Source: a virus (lineage: Duplodnaviria; Caudoviricetes). From it: a stretch of 32,438 nucleotides of DNA. Below the pieces are notes generated by a model. That model searched no databases and was not told the DNA's origin. It was given only the letters and a program-made list of their open reading frames with translations. Position 1 is the first letter of the stretch. The number at the start of each line of letters is the position of its first letter. The DNA lies in IMG/VR virus record IMGVR_UViG_3300005573_001594, positions 1-32,438 of that record, one strand, 5' to 3'. Below, one piece after another: positions 1 to 8,296 of the stretch. The position numbers and the translations under genes are program-made.

Positions 1-213
1 ATGCGACCCGACGACGACCCCGCCTTCCTGACCGCCGCCGAACGCTTTCGCGAGCTGGCCGGTATCCTGGCCGCGGGCATTCTGCGCCTGCGCGACCGCG
101 CCGCGCTCGCCGCCGATCCGGGCGAGCATTCTGCCCCGAAAAATTCAGAGGAATCCGGCGACAGTTGCCTTGAGCTTTCGGCGAAAACCGTGCTCAGTGT
201 CCACGGTGGTTAA
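1..213 (+). CDS. Small hypothetical protein preceding DUF2924/recombinase
   Basis: 70-aa ORF (ERFRELAGILAAGILRLR) with backbone-like codon usage, in the usual position upstream of DUF2924. Confidence 0.6.
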   Translation: MRPDDDPAFLTAAERFRELAGILAAGILRLRDRAALAADPGEHSAPKNSEESGDSCLELSAKTVLSVHGG

Positions 214-245
214 CCGTTTCCGAGACTCCGAGAAAGGAGCACCGC

Positions 246-746
246 ATGGACCTGAACGTCGGCAAAGAGGTCGCCGCGCTGCAGCGGCTGACCGTCAAGG
301 AACTGCGGGCGAGGTACGCCGAGGTCTTCGGCGAAGAGACCCTCGCCCAGAACCGGACCTGGCTCGTCAAGCGCATCGCCTGGCGGCTGCAAGCGCTGGC
401 CGAGGGCGACCTGTCCGAGCGTGCTCGCCGCCGCGCCGCCGAGCTGGCCAACGACGCCAACCTCCGCATGAACCCGCCCGCCGCCAAGCCGGTCACTGCC
501 ACAGCCGAGACCATGACCAGGACGCGCTCGCTGCGCTTCCAGCCGGACGACCGTCTGCCCCCGCCCGGCACAGTCATCACCCGGCGGTACAAGGGCGAGG
601 TGCTGCAGGTGAAGGTTCTGCCGCAGGGCTTCGAATATGAGGGCGAGGTCTACGGCTCGCTCAGCGCCGTGGCCAGGGCGATCACCGGCTCGCACTGCAA
701 CGGCTACCTCTTCTTCCGCCTGGGCGAGAAGGGAGGTGACGCATGA
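246..746 (+). CDS. DUF2924 domain protein
   Basis: [11 protein letters not shown]...[11 protein letters not shown]...[10 protein letters not shown]...[20 protein letters not shown]...NGYLFF. AAGGAG RBS upstream; ATGA overlap with the recombinase. Confidence 0.9.
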   Translation: MDLNVGKEVAALQRLTVKELRARYAEVFGEETLAQNRTWLVKRIAWRLQALAEGDLSERARRRAAELANDANLRMNPPAAKPVTATAETMTRTRSLRFQPDDRLPPPGTVITRRYKGEVLQVKVLPQGFEYEGEVYGSLSAVARAITGSHCNGYLFFRLGEKGGDA

Positions 747-1120
747 AGCGGAATCACAGGAACGGGACGCCAGCGACGCTGCCGATCGTCCGCTGCGCCG
801 TCTACACCCGCAAGTCCACCGAAGAGGGCCTGGAGCAGGAGTTCAACTCGCTCGACGCCCAGCGCGAGGCCGGCGAGGCGTTCATCAAGAGCCAGACCGG
901 CGAGGGCTGGACGTGCCTGCCCGACCGCTATGACGACGGCGGCTTTACCGGCGGCAACATGGAGCGGCCCGCGCTCCAGCGACTCCTGGCCGACATCGAG
1001 GCGGGCAAGATCGACTGCGTGGTCGTCTACAAGGTGGACCGCCTGCCGACTAAGGTCGCCTATGTCGGCAAGGTCCGCTACAAGGATGAGGTTGGGTGCA
1101 GCCAACTTCTCTGGGGGTAG
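743..1120 (+). pseudogene. Large serine recombinase (integrase), internally deleted and 3'-truncated
   Basis: Catalytic domain RCAVYTRKS...SLDAQR...[19 protein letters not shown]...VVVYKVDRL jumps directly to a recombinase-domain-like fragment ([12 protein letters not shown]), then ends in a MITE. Only 125 aa. Confidence 0.85.
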
Positions 1121-1197
1121 GGTCTGAACCCGGTCATTTTCTGCCTGGACGGGCCGAAAACCCCGCCCCAAAGCTCCCATAGAAGTTGGCTACACCC
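1094..1197. mobile_element. 104-bp MITE / internally deleted IS remnant
   Basis: 24-bp terminal inverted repeats GGGTGCAGCCAACTTCTCTGGGGG / CTCCCATAGAAGTTGGCTACACCC (3 mismatches), flanked by 8-bp direct repeats ATGAGGTT (1086-1093) and ATGGGGTT (1198-1205). Confidence 0.75.
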
Positions 1198-1258
1198 ATG
1201 GGGTTGGCGACTTTTCAAAGCTCTGGATTTTTCGCGGAAATGTCGTTAAACTACGGTC

Positions 1259-2218
1259 ATGAATCCACCAATCGCTTTCTTCGCACTTGGGTTCCAGCAC
1301 GTCCAGATCGGGCAATCGCTGCTTATTCACGCTGATTGCCTGGAGTGGCTTCGCCGCGCGCCGGAAACGAGTATTCACGCGATTGTGACCGACCCTCCCT
1401 ACGGTATCAAGGAGTATGATAATGACCAGTTGAAAAAACGGGCCAACGGCAATGGGGGTGTGTGGCGTATCCCGCCGTCTTTTGATGGGCATGAACGGGC
1501 CCCCCTGCCGCGCTTCACGGCCCTTGATGACAAGGACCGTGAACGCATGCGCCAGTTCTTTGAAGAATGGTCACGTTTGGTTCGTCGCGTCCTGCTTCCT
1601 GGTGCGCACGTCTTTATTGCCACGAACGCATTCATTGCGCAATTGCTCTATGAGGCTGTCGTCGCAGGAGGACTAGAATTTCGCGGACAAGTCATCCGCT
1701 TAGTGCGCACACTTCGCGGTGGTGATCGACCCAAAAATGCCGAAGGCGAGTATCCGAACGTCTGCTCACTGCCGAAAGGATGCTATGAACCGTGGGGGCT
1801 TTTTCGCAAGCCACTGCCAGCGAGCATGACCGTTAAAGAATGTTTGCGTCGTTTTCAAACCGGGGGCCTGCGGCGTACCGCAACGAACAAGCCCTTTGAA
1901 GATGTCATTCAAAGCGAGCGAACTCCACGACGGGAACGCCAAATTGCCGATCATCCCAGTCTGAAACCGCAATCGTTTCTCCGGCGAATCTGCCACGCTG
2001 CTTTGCCGCTAGGCGAAGGTGTCATCCTTGATCCTTTCGCTGGCAGTGGTTCAACCGTAGCAGCGGCCGAAGCGGTGGGTTTACAATCTATCGGTGTCGA
2101 ACGATTCGTTGACTATTACAAGATGGCATGTGCCGCCGTACCCCGTCTCAAACAGATCGAGGTACCCATTGTTGATTCGGAAACCGCAGCAAAGACTGGT
2201 CAACCGAGCTTATTCTGA
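1259..2218 (+). CDS. Amino (N6A/N4C) DNA methyltransferase, beta class; R-M cassette A
   Basis: IVTDPPY near the N-terminus; HPSLKP and ILDPFAGSGST near the C-terminus; lower GC than the backbone. Confidence 0.93.
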   Translation: MNPPIAFFALGFQHVQIGQSLLIHADCLEWLRRAPETSIHAIVTDPPYGIKEYDNDQLKKRANGNGGVWRIPPSFDGHERAPLPRFTALDDKDRERMRQFFEEWSRLVRRVLLPGAHVFIATNAFIAQLLYEAVVAGGLEFRGQVIRLVRTLRGGDRPKNAEGEYPNVCSLPKGCYEPWGLFRKPLPASMTVKECLRRFQTGGLRRTATNKPFEDVIQSERTPRRERQIADHPSLKPQSFLRRICHAALPLGEGVILDPFAGSGSTVAAAEAVGLQSIGVERFVDYYKMACAAVPRLKQIEVPIVDSETAAKTGQPSLF

Positions 2219-2845
2219 AGCACGGTATATCCAATTCGCTTCCATTTTCTCAAACCCACTCCGTTTGACGCTCGCAGTGATGGTTCGCCGGCTAGTGCTT
2301 GAGCGACCGGAGAACTGCCAGTCGGATTTCTCCAACTTCGCGCCGACTACTTTCACGAACGCGAATGGTTTCGGCTCGATGCCAAGCGCCTCGTCGCGTG
2401 AACTGTTTGCATCGAATACGAACACCATCAGCCAAACATCTTCAGGGTTATGACCCTGCCAGCCGCTCGCGTGTCTAGACGCTTTGAGTTCGATGCCCTC
2501 AGCTCCATGTAACACGGAGTCGTCTGGATAGTGTCCCTTTGGCAGCAGATCGGGATGTCCGTTATGGTAACGGTTCTTGACGACGGTTTTGCAGTACTTT
2601 GGAATCGCTGCGGCCATGAATTCTCCCACCATGCTGCTGAAATTAGCCGGCATGAGAAAATATTCGAGTCTCTGGATATTCTTTGTCCTCAACTGTGTGT
2701 TGATGAAACCGAGAAAATTGACGAAGTCCTCCATCGCTTTCCGAAGATGAGTTGTCGTCAATCCATACGGAATATTTGCATTTGGATTGAATCCCTCAAG
2801 CTGAACCGGAAGAGGTTTGCAAGCCAGTGCTTCCTTGTCAGTCAT
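2210..2845 (-). CDS. Putative type II restriction endonuclease (PD-(D/E)xK fold); R-M cassette A
   Basis: HPDLLP...GIELKAS motif; convergent with and overlapping the MTase by 9 bp. Start placed at ATG 2845 behind an AAGGAG RBS. Confidence 0.75.
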   Translation of the reverse strand: MTDKEALACKPLPVQLEGFNPNANIPYGLTTTHLRKAMEDFVNFLGFINTQLRTKNIQRLEYFLMPANFSSMVGEFMAAAIPKYCKTVVKNRYHNGHPDLLPKGHYPDDSVLHGAEGIELKASRHASGWQGHNPEDVWLMVFVFDANSSRDEALGIEPKPFAFVKVVGAKLEKSDWQFSGRSSTSRRTITASVKRSGFEKMEANWIYRASE

Positions 2846-2956
2846 CGCTGCTCCTTTTCGGCAATCCATTGCCGACTTCCAGGCGCTCTTTACCACAATT
2901 ACCGCAGTTACGGCAAGACCATCTTCTAGCGCACACAATCGACATCAGCACTTGTA

Positions 2957-3361
2957 CAGCACCTGTTCGGCGACGAGGACTTCTTCCCCGGCGACAGCAA
3001 GTACACGCTGAAGCCGCTGCTGACCCGCGGCGAGGGAGTGCTGGCATGCGTGGACGTGCCCGGTATGGAATGGGTCCGCCTCCGAGAGGTTCACTTCTTC
3101 CTGGGCGGCCCGTCCAACGAGGTCGAGGTCCACCGGGCGGAAGATGTCTTCGAGGCATTCCGCTCGCGCGGCGGCAAGCCACCTGACGGGGCGCGGATCG
3201 TCCGCGCGGTCTTCCAGGTGAAGTTCACCGACTCCAAGCGGCCGCGCTCTGTGACGATCCGGCCGTCGAACATCGCGCACTACACCCGCGACGATGATGC
3301 GGAGTTGGTCGAGGAGTGGCTGCGCCGACGGGGGTTCATCCTTGCGGGTGCGAACACGTGA
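2957..3361 (+). pseudogene. C-terminal remnant of a prophage hypothetical gene (5' part lost)
   Basis: Backbone-like codons resume at QHLFGDEDFFPGDSKYTL; in-frame TAG at 2927; no credible start codon or RBS. Confidence 0.65.
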
Positions 3362-3374
3362 AAGGAGGCGAGCT

Positions 3375-4418
3375 ATGGGACTCTGGCAAGCGCTTGAAGC
3401 GATCCCCGGCCCGGCAGCGGTGCTGGCCGAGTGGCGCCGGCTCGTGGGCGCGGAGCTGGACTTCCTCACGCCCTATCTCCAGCCGCGGCAGCGGTTGGCG
3501 GCCTCCTACCCGCGCGTGGTCGGCGGTGAGCCCACATATCCGTATGAGGTCGTCGAACACGGGCCGAACGATTTCGTCGGCATCTGCCCCGAAACCGAAG
3601 ATCGGATCGTGCTCACCCGGAACGACCTGATCGTCTACGAGCTGGACTGGCCCCTGTTCCTGGCCGACATCGCGGCCGTGCTGGGGTTCGAGCGCCGAGC
3701 AACAGACCCGGACGAACTGCCGCCGCTGACGCGCCTGGTCGGCGACTACCGGCCTGTCGCGGGCTATTCATTCTCGGCCTACCTGACCGTGCCACTGGAG
3801 TCTCGCAGCTCGACGAGCGCGGTTTGCATGCTCGTCTCGCTGAGCGACGCCGCGTTCGTCTTGTTGACGCCGACCCGGCACCGGCTGCGGCCGGACGCGC
3901 AGCAAATCCTGGAGCGGAAGAGGTGCTGCTTCCTTGCGCTGGAAGACTCCCTGGCCGCGATGGGGCCGAGGCAATGGCAGGCCACGGACGCGGCCGTTCG
4001 GGCGCTGCGCGACTTCACCGGTCTGCACGTTTCATCGACCGACGCCGACAACGGGATGGTGTTCTTCCCCACGCCGGCGGGTGCGACCTGGGCCGACCTC
4101 AGCATCCGCTTCGCCGATGGTCATTCCGTCACGGTTCGGGTCGGGGCCGCTGGTGGGACGTACCACTACGCGCAGCTTGGCATGGCCGATGGCCGCAACA
4201 CGAGGCCGACGAAGCAGTGGGAACTGCTCCAGGCACTGGCCCGGAACCACGGCGTGCTGACCTGGAAAAGCCCGGATGCCGGCCGGAAGAACAAGAAGCG
4301 GCGGGAGTTGTTGGCTCGCGACCTGAAGGCGTTCTTCCGCATCGATGGCGAGCCGATCGTGGCGACCGACGACGGCAAGGGCTGGCGGACCTGCTTCGCG
4401 CTGGAGGCGGATGGGTGA
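3375..4418 (+). CDS. Hypothetical protein with a possible C-terminal winged-helix DNA-binding domain
   Basis: AAGGAGG RBS before ATG 3375; C-terminal PTKQWELLQALARNHG...LKAFFRIDGEPI...KGWR resembles OmpR-type wHTH (inference). Confidence 0.75.
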   Translation: MGLWQALEAIPGPAAVLAEWRRLVGAELDFLTPYLQPRQRLAASYPRVVGGEPTYPYEVVEHGPNDFVGICPETEDRIVLTRNDLIVYELDWPLFLADIAAVLGFERRATDPDELPPLTRLVGDYRPVAGYSFSAYLTVPLESRSSTSAVCMLVSLSDAAFVLLTPTRHRLRPDAQQILERKRCCFLALEDSLAAMGPRQWQATDAAVRALRDFTGLHVSSTDADNGMVFFPTPAGATWADLSIRFADGHSVTVRVGAAGGTYHYAQLGMADGRNTRPTKQWELLQALARNHGVLTWKSPDAGRKNKKRRELLARDLKAFFRIDGEPIVATDDGKGWRTCFALEADG

Positions 4419-4427
4419 CGCGGACTG

Positions 4428-4455
4428 GCCCAGTGATTTTTCGCTGGGCTTTTTT
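4428..4455 (+). terminator. Rho-independent terminator
   Basis: GCCCAGTGA-TTTT-TCGCTGGGC stem (one G-U pair) followed by T6, 10 nt after the stop at 4418. Confidence 0.8.
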
Positions 4456-4712
4456 GTTGGCCCGCCGATTTTTTCCGCCTCCTCTCCGGCTCTGCATCTT
4501 CTTGTTCCACCTTCAATTGCGTCAACGCCACTCGTGAGGCTGGTTCCCGTCCCCTCGTCTGCCAGCGATTTCTCGACAGTCGGGGGCGACGGGTCTGGCG
4601 ACCGCGACAGCGATTCTTCTTTCCGCAACCGCGGGCCAAGAGCCACGGGCAGTATTCACGCCGGACCTGTCGCCCGTGGGCTACCTTTGGCCCCGACCTT
4701 TGGAGGTCCGGC

Positions 4713-5042
4713 ATGCCAATCCCCATGTCCAAGGCAGCTCTGTCTCCGGCCCGGCGCCGGCTGGTCGAGCTGCTCCAGCAACTCAACTTCGGCCGCGTGG
4801 AGGGCCTGAGCTTCCTCGACGGCGACCCAATCTTCGACCCGCCGCCGCGCCTCGTGCGCGAGGTCAAGTTCGGCGGTGAGAACGGCCCGCGACCCGAAGC
4901 CGCCGCGGCCGACTTCCCGCTGAAGTCTCAACTCGTCGAGCTGTTCCAGTACTTCGACGAGATCGGTGACGGCACCATCGACGTGCTGGAGATCAAGCAC
5001 GGTCTGCCCTTCCGCATGGTCGTCGCGGAGGCCGCCGCCTGA
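4713..5042 (+). CDS. Prophage hypothetical protein
   Basis: GGAGGT RBS; 109 aa; clean backbone codon usage. Confidence 0.8.
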   Translation: MPIPMSKAALSPARRRLVELLQQLNFGRVEGLSFLDGDPIFDPPPRLVREVKFGGENGPRPEAAAADFPLKSQLVELFQYFDEIGDGTIDVLEIKHGLPFRMVVAEAAA

Positions 5043-5241
5043 CCGCGGGCTCGGCCCCCGCTCGGACAACAGCGTTCTTTCCACCCATCACCTGACATTT
5101 TGCCGGCCGCGCAGCGGAGGCGATTGTGGGCGACGCCGATTCTGGCGTACCGCGCATCGCCTCCGCTTCGCGTTGGCTTGCCTCTCCTCGCCGGTCGTCG
5201 TGGCCCACGCCTGCTCCTCCGCGGCCGGGAGGAGCTTACTT

Positions 5242-5781
5242 GTGATTCACGACGACAAGATCGTTCTCGACCGTTTCTGCTGGGGCATCATCCGGCGCAA
5301 GGCCCGGCAGATGGTCGGCCACGCCGGGATCAAAGAACAAGACCATGAAGACCTCGTGCAGGAGCTGATGCTCCGGCTGCTCAGGAGCCTGCGGCTGTTC
5401 GACGCTGCCCAGGCCGACCGCAAGTCCTTCGTCACCGCGGTCGTCGAGCGCAATGCTGCCAAGATCCTCCGGGACCGGCGGGCCAAGAAGCGCAATGGCG
5501 GCCGGGTCGAGTCGCTCGATGTGCTGCTGGAGAACCTGGACGAGGAGCCGCCCGACCTGGCAGTCGATGACCACGCGGCCGAGCAAGCCGACCTAGCCAT
5601 CGACGTTGCAGACCTGCTCGCCCGGCTGCCGGCCGAGCTGCGCGACCTGGCCGAGCGGCTCAAGACGCAGACGCTGTCGCAGGTCGCGCGGGATATGGGC
5701 ATTCCGCGCTCGACACTACAGCGCCGCGTCGCGCGCCTGCGGCGGCACTTCGAGGATGCCGGGCTGCGGAATTATTGCTGA
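5242..5781 (+). CDS. Phage-encoded sigma-70/ECF-like sigma factor
   Basis: Region-2-like EDLVQELMLRLL...FD...SFVTAVVERN and region-4 HTH LPAELRDLAERLKTQTLSQVARDMGIPRSTLQRR. GTG start at 5242 after GGAGGAG. Confidence 0.85.
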   Translation: MIHDDKIVLDRFCWGIIRRKARQMVGHAGIKEQDHEDLVQELMLRLLRSLRLFDAAQADRKSFVTAVVERNAAKILRDRRAKKRNGGRVESLDVLLENLDEEPPDLAVDDHAAEQADLAIDVADLLARLPAELRDLAERLKTQTLSQVARDMGIPRSTLQRRVARLRRHFEDAGLRNYC

Positions 5782-5853
5782 GCCGTGCGTCAATTCCGCC
5801 GCCAACTGGAAAGCTCTTCCTGTAGGGAGCTGTTTCCTCGCCAAGAGGCCGCG

Positions 5854-6159
5854 ATGACGAAGGAACTCTACCGCTACGCTTTCCACCCGCACGTGCCGCT
5901 CGAAGAGATCGCGGCCTCACTTCTCCTGGCGGTCTGGGGCGCCGTCAATCTGCACGGCGAAAACCGCGTTGCGGCCGACGCGGCCCACTCCCTGGACCCG
6001 AACCGGCGTGCCTGCGTCATCGACGCGGGCACGCCGGCCGGCCGCGACGTCAACCGCCTGTTCGCCCACTTCGTCCGCCGCGAGTTGAGCGCGGACTGCT
6101 ACCGGGTGGACCGCATCGTTGCCGATCCGAACCACACGACCGACGAGGCACACGCATGA
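5854..6159 (+). CDS. Hypothetical protein
   Basis: ATG 5854 after AGAGG; ATGA overlap with the next gene. Confidence 0.75.
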   Translation: MTKELYRYAFHPHVPLEEIAASLLLAVWGAVNLHGENRVAADAAHSLDPNRRACVIDAGTPAGRDVNRLFAHFVRRELSADCYRVDRIVADPNHTTDEAHA

Positions 6160-7004
6160 ACCAACCTCTGGCCTGGAAGCGCTCGAAGAACGGCGACAGT
6201 GGCCGGCTCGATCCGCTGGCGTTCCTGATCCGCGAGCCGGCCGAAGTGTACCACGCGAAATCCAAGGAGCACCTGACCAGCCACGCCCTGGCCGACTTCC
6301 GTGAGGACCCGCTCTTGTATCGCAAGCGGCAGCTCGGCCTGGTCGTCGAGGAAGACCGGCCCGCCTTCCAGGTCGGCCGGGCCGCGCACACGCTGATCCT
6401 CGAAGGGCGTGACGCCTACCGGCGGCAGTACGCCTTCGGCGGTCCAACCAACCCGGCGACCGGCAAGCTCTTCGACAGCCGCAGTAAGGCCTACCAGGAG
6501 TGGGCCGAGCGCCAGGCCAAGCCAGTGCTGACCGACCGCCAGGCGGCCCTGATCGAAGAGCTGGCCGCCGCCGTCCAGCGCCATCCCGTCGCCAGCGAAC
6601 TGCTCGCCGAGGGCGTGCCGGAGGGCGTCGTCCGCCGCGACTACCGCGGCGTTCCCTGCCAGGCCAGGTTCGACTGGCTCAATCCTGACAAAGGTCTCGT
6701 CGATCTCAAGACCTGCGACCACCTCAAGTACCTCGAAGCCGACGCTCGCTCGTTCGGCTACCTGCACCAGCTCGCCTTCTACCGCGCCCTCCTGGCGCTC
6801 CAGACCGGCGAAGTGCTCCCGGTCTACCTGATCGCCGTCGAGAAGCGGGAACCTTATCGCTGCGGCGTCTGGCGGATCGACCCCAACGTCCTGGCCGTCG
6901 CGGAGCAGGACAACGAGGCCGCCCTGGAGCGCCTGGTGCGCTGCCGGCAGCTTGACCACTGGCCGACTGGCTACGAGGAACTGCGCGTTTTCGACCACAT
7001 TTGA
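6156..7004 (+). CDS. PD-(D/E)xK exonuclease, RecE/DUF3799-like
   Basis: FQVGRAAHTLILEG...PEGVV...CQARFDWL...LVDLKT...YLHQLAFY...IAVEKREPY. Confidence 0.88.
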   Translation: MNQPLAWKRSKNGDSGRLDPLAFLIREPAEVYHAKSKEHLTSHALADFREDPLLYRKRQLGLVVEEDRPAFQVGRAAHTLILEGRDAYRRQYAFGGPTNPATGKLFDSRSKAYQEWAERQAKPVLTDRQAALIEELAAAVQRHPVASELLAEGVPEGVVRRDYRGVPCQARFDWLNPDKGLVDLKTCDHLKYLEADARSFGYLHQLAFYRALLALQTGEVLPVYLIAVEKREPYRCGVWRIDPNVLAVAEQDNEAALERLVRCRQLDHWPTGYEELRVFDHI

Positions 7005-7019
7005 TCCGAGGAACCGACC

Positions 7020-7790
7020 ATGAGTCTCCTGGCACAAGTCCAGAGCGGCAAGCGGGCGGCCCCCCGGCGCGTGCTGCTCTACGGCACCCACGGCATCGGC
7101 AAATCGACCTTCGGCGCCGGCAGCGACCGGCCCGTGTTCGTCCAGACCGAGGACGGCCTGGGCGAGATCGACTGCGACAAGTTCCCACTGGCCCTGAGCT
7201 ACTCTGACGCGCTGAAGGCACTGGAAGCTCTCTACACCGAGCAACATCCCTACCGCACGGTGGTTGTCGATTCGCTCGACTGGATGGAACGGTTGATCTG
7301 GGCCGAGGTCTGCCGGCAGCGCTCGGTCGAGAACATCGAGGACATCGGCTACGGCAAGGGCTATGTCTTCGCCCTGACATCGTGGCGCGAGTTCCTCACC
7401 GGCCTGGACGCCCTGCGCAACGACCGCGGCATGACCGTCGTGCTGATCGCCCACTCGCGCATCGAACGCTTCGAGAACCCCGAGACCGACAGCTACGACC
7501 GCTACGTGCCAAGATTGCACAAGCTGGCCTCGCAGATCATCCAGGAATGGTGCGACGAGGTGCTGTTCGCCACCTACAAGGTCTACACCAAGCAGACCGA
7601 CGAGGGCTTCAGTCGCAAGAAGACCAAGGGCATCGGCACCGGCGAGCGCGTCCTGTACACGACCGAGCGCCCCTCCCACGTCGCCAAGAATCGCCTGGGC
7701 CTTCCCGACGAGCTGCCGCTCGACTGGCACGCCTACGCTTCCTTCTTCCACCAACCCCACACGCAGAACGGAGGACTGACCCATGGCTGA
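7020..7790 (+). CDS. AAA_24 NTP-binding protein (Sak4-like recombinase)
   Basis: Walker A GTHGIGKST, Walker B VVVDSLD, LIAHS and AKNR motifs; lies between the exonuclease and DUF669. Confidence 0.88.
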   Translation: MSLLAQVQSGKRAAPRRVLLYGTHGIGKSTFGAGSDRPVFVQTEDGLGEIDCDKFPLALSYSDALKALEALYTEQHPYRTVVVDSLDWMERLIWAEVCRQRSVENIEDIGYGKGYVFALTSWREFLTGLDALRNDRGMTVVLIAHSRIERFENPETDSYDRYVPRLHKLASQIIQEWCDEVLFATYKVYTKQTDEGFSRKKTKGIGTGERVLYTTERPSHVAKNRLGLPDELPLDWHAYASFFHQPHTQNGGLTHG

Positions 7791-8244
7791 CCTGCACGGT
7801 TTCAACGCGAACGAAGTCGATCCGACGACCGACCTGGAGCCGATCCCCGCCGGCAAGTACCTGGCGATGATCACCGACAGTGAGATGAAGCCGACCAAGA
7901 ACGGCGACGGCCGCTACCTGCAGCTGACCTTCCAGATCCTGGAAGGTCCGTGCAAAGGCCGCTTCGTCTGGGCGCGGCTGAACCTGCACAACCCCAACGA
8001 GACGGCGGTGAAGATCGCGCGGGCGGAGCTGTCGGCGATCTGCCGGGCGGTGGGCGTGCTGACGCCCAGGGACAGCTGCGAGCTACACAACCTGCCCTTG
8101 GTGATCACGGTCAAGCTGAAGAAGCGCGAGGACACCGGCGAGATCGCCAACGAGATCAAGGGCTACAGCAAGAAGGAAGCACCGGCGTTGGCGACCAGCG
8201 CGCAGCCGCAGGCCAACAGTACGCCCCTGTGGAGGCGTATGTAA
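7783..8244 (+). CDS. DUF669 phage ssDNA-binding-like protein
   Basis: PIPAGKY...SEMKPTKNGDGRYLQLTFQILEG...NEIKGY, with a PxW tail. Confidence 0.85.
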   Translation: MADLHGFNANEVDPTTDLEPIPAGKYLAMITDSEMKPTKNGDGRYLQLTFQILEGPCKGRFVWARLNLHNPNETAVKIARAELSAICRAVGVLTPRDSCELHNLPLVITVKLKKREDTGEIANEIKGYSKKEAPALATSAQPQANSTPLWRRM

Positions 8245-8291
8245 TGTTCAAGGTCGATCTATCCTACCTGCTCAAGGTCAACCACTTCTGA
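8244..8291 (+). pseudogene. Decayed 5' stub of a RusA-like Holliday junction resolvase
   Basis: TAATG coupling to DUF669; MFKVDLSYLLKVNHF* resembles the RusA start MxxxxLPYPPSVNHYW; expected gene position. Confidence 0.5.
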
Positions 8292-8296
8292 CAGCA

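Noticed and set aside
6099-7898. Long antisense ORFs (also 11032-12486, 20516-21883, 30315-32252)
   Set aside because: Shadow frames expected opposite GC-rich genes; no recognisable motifs.
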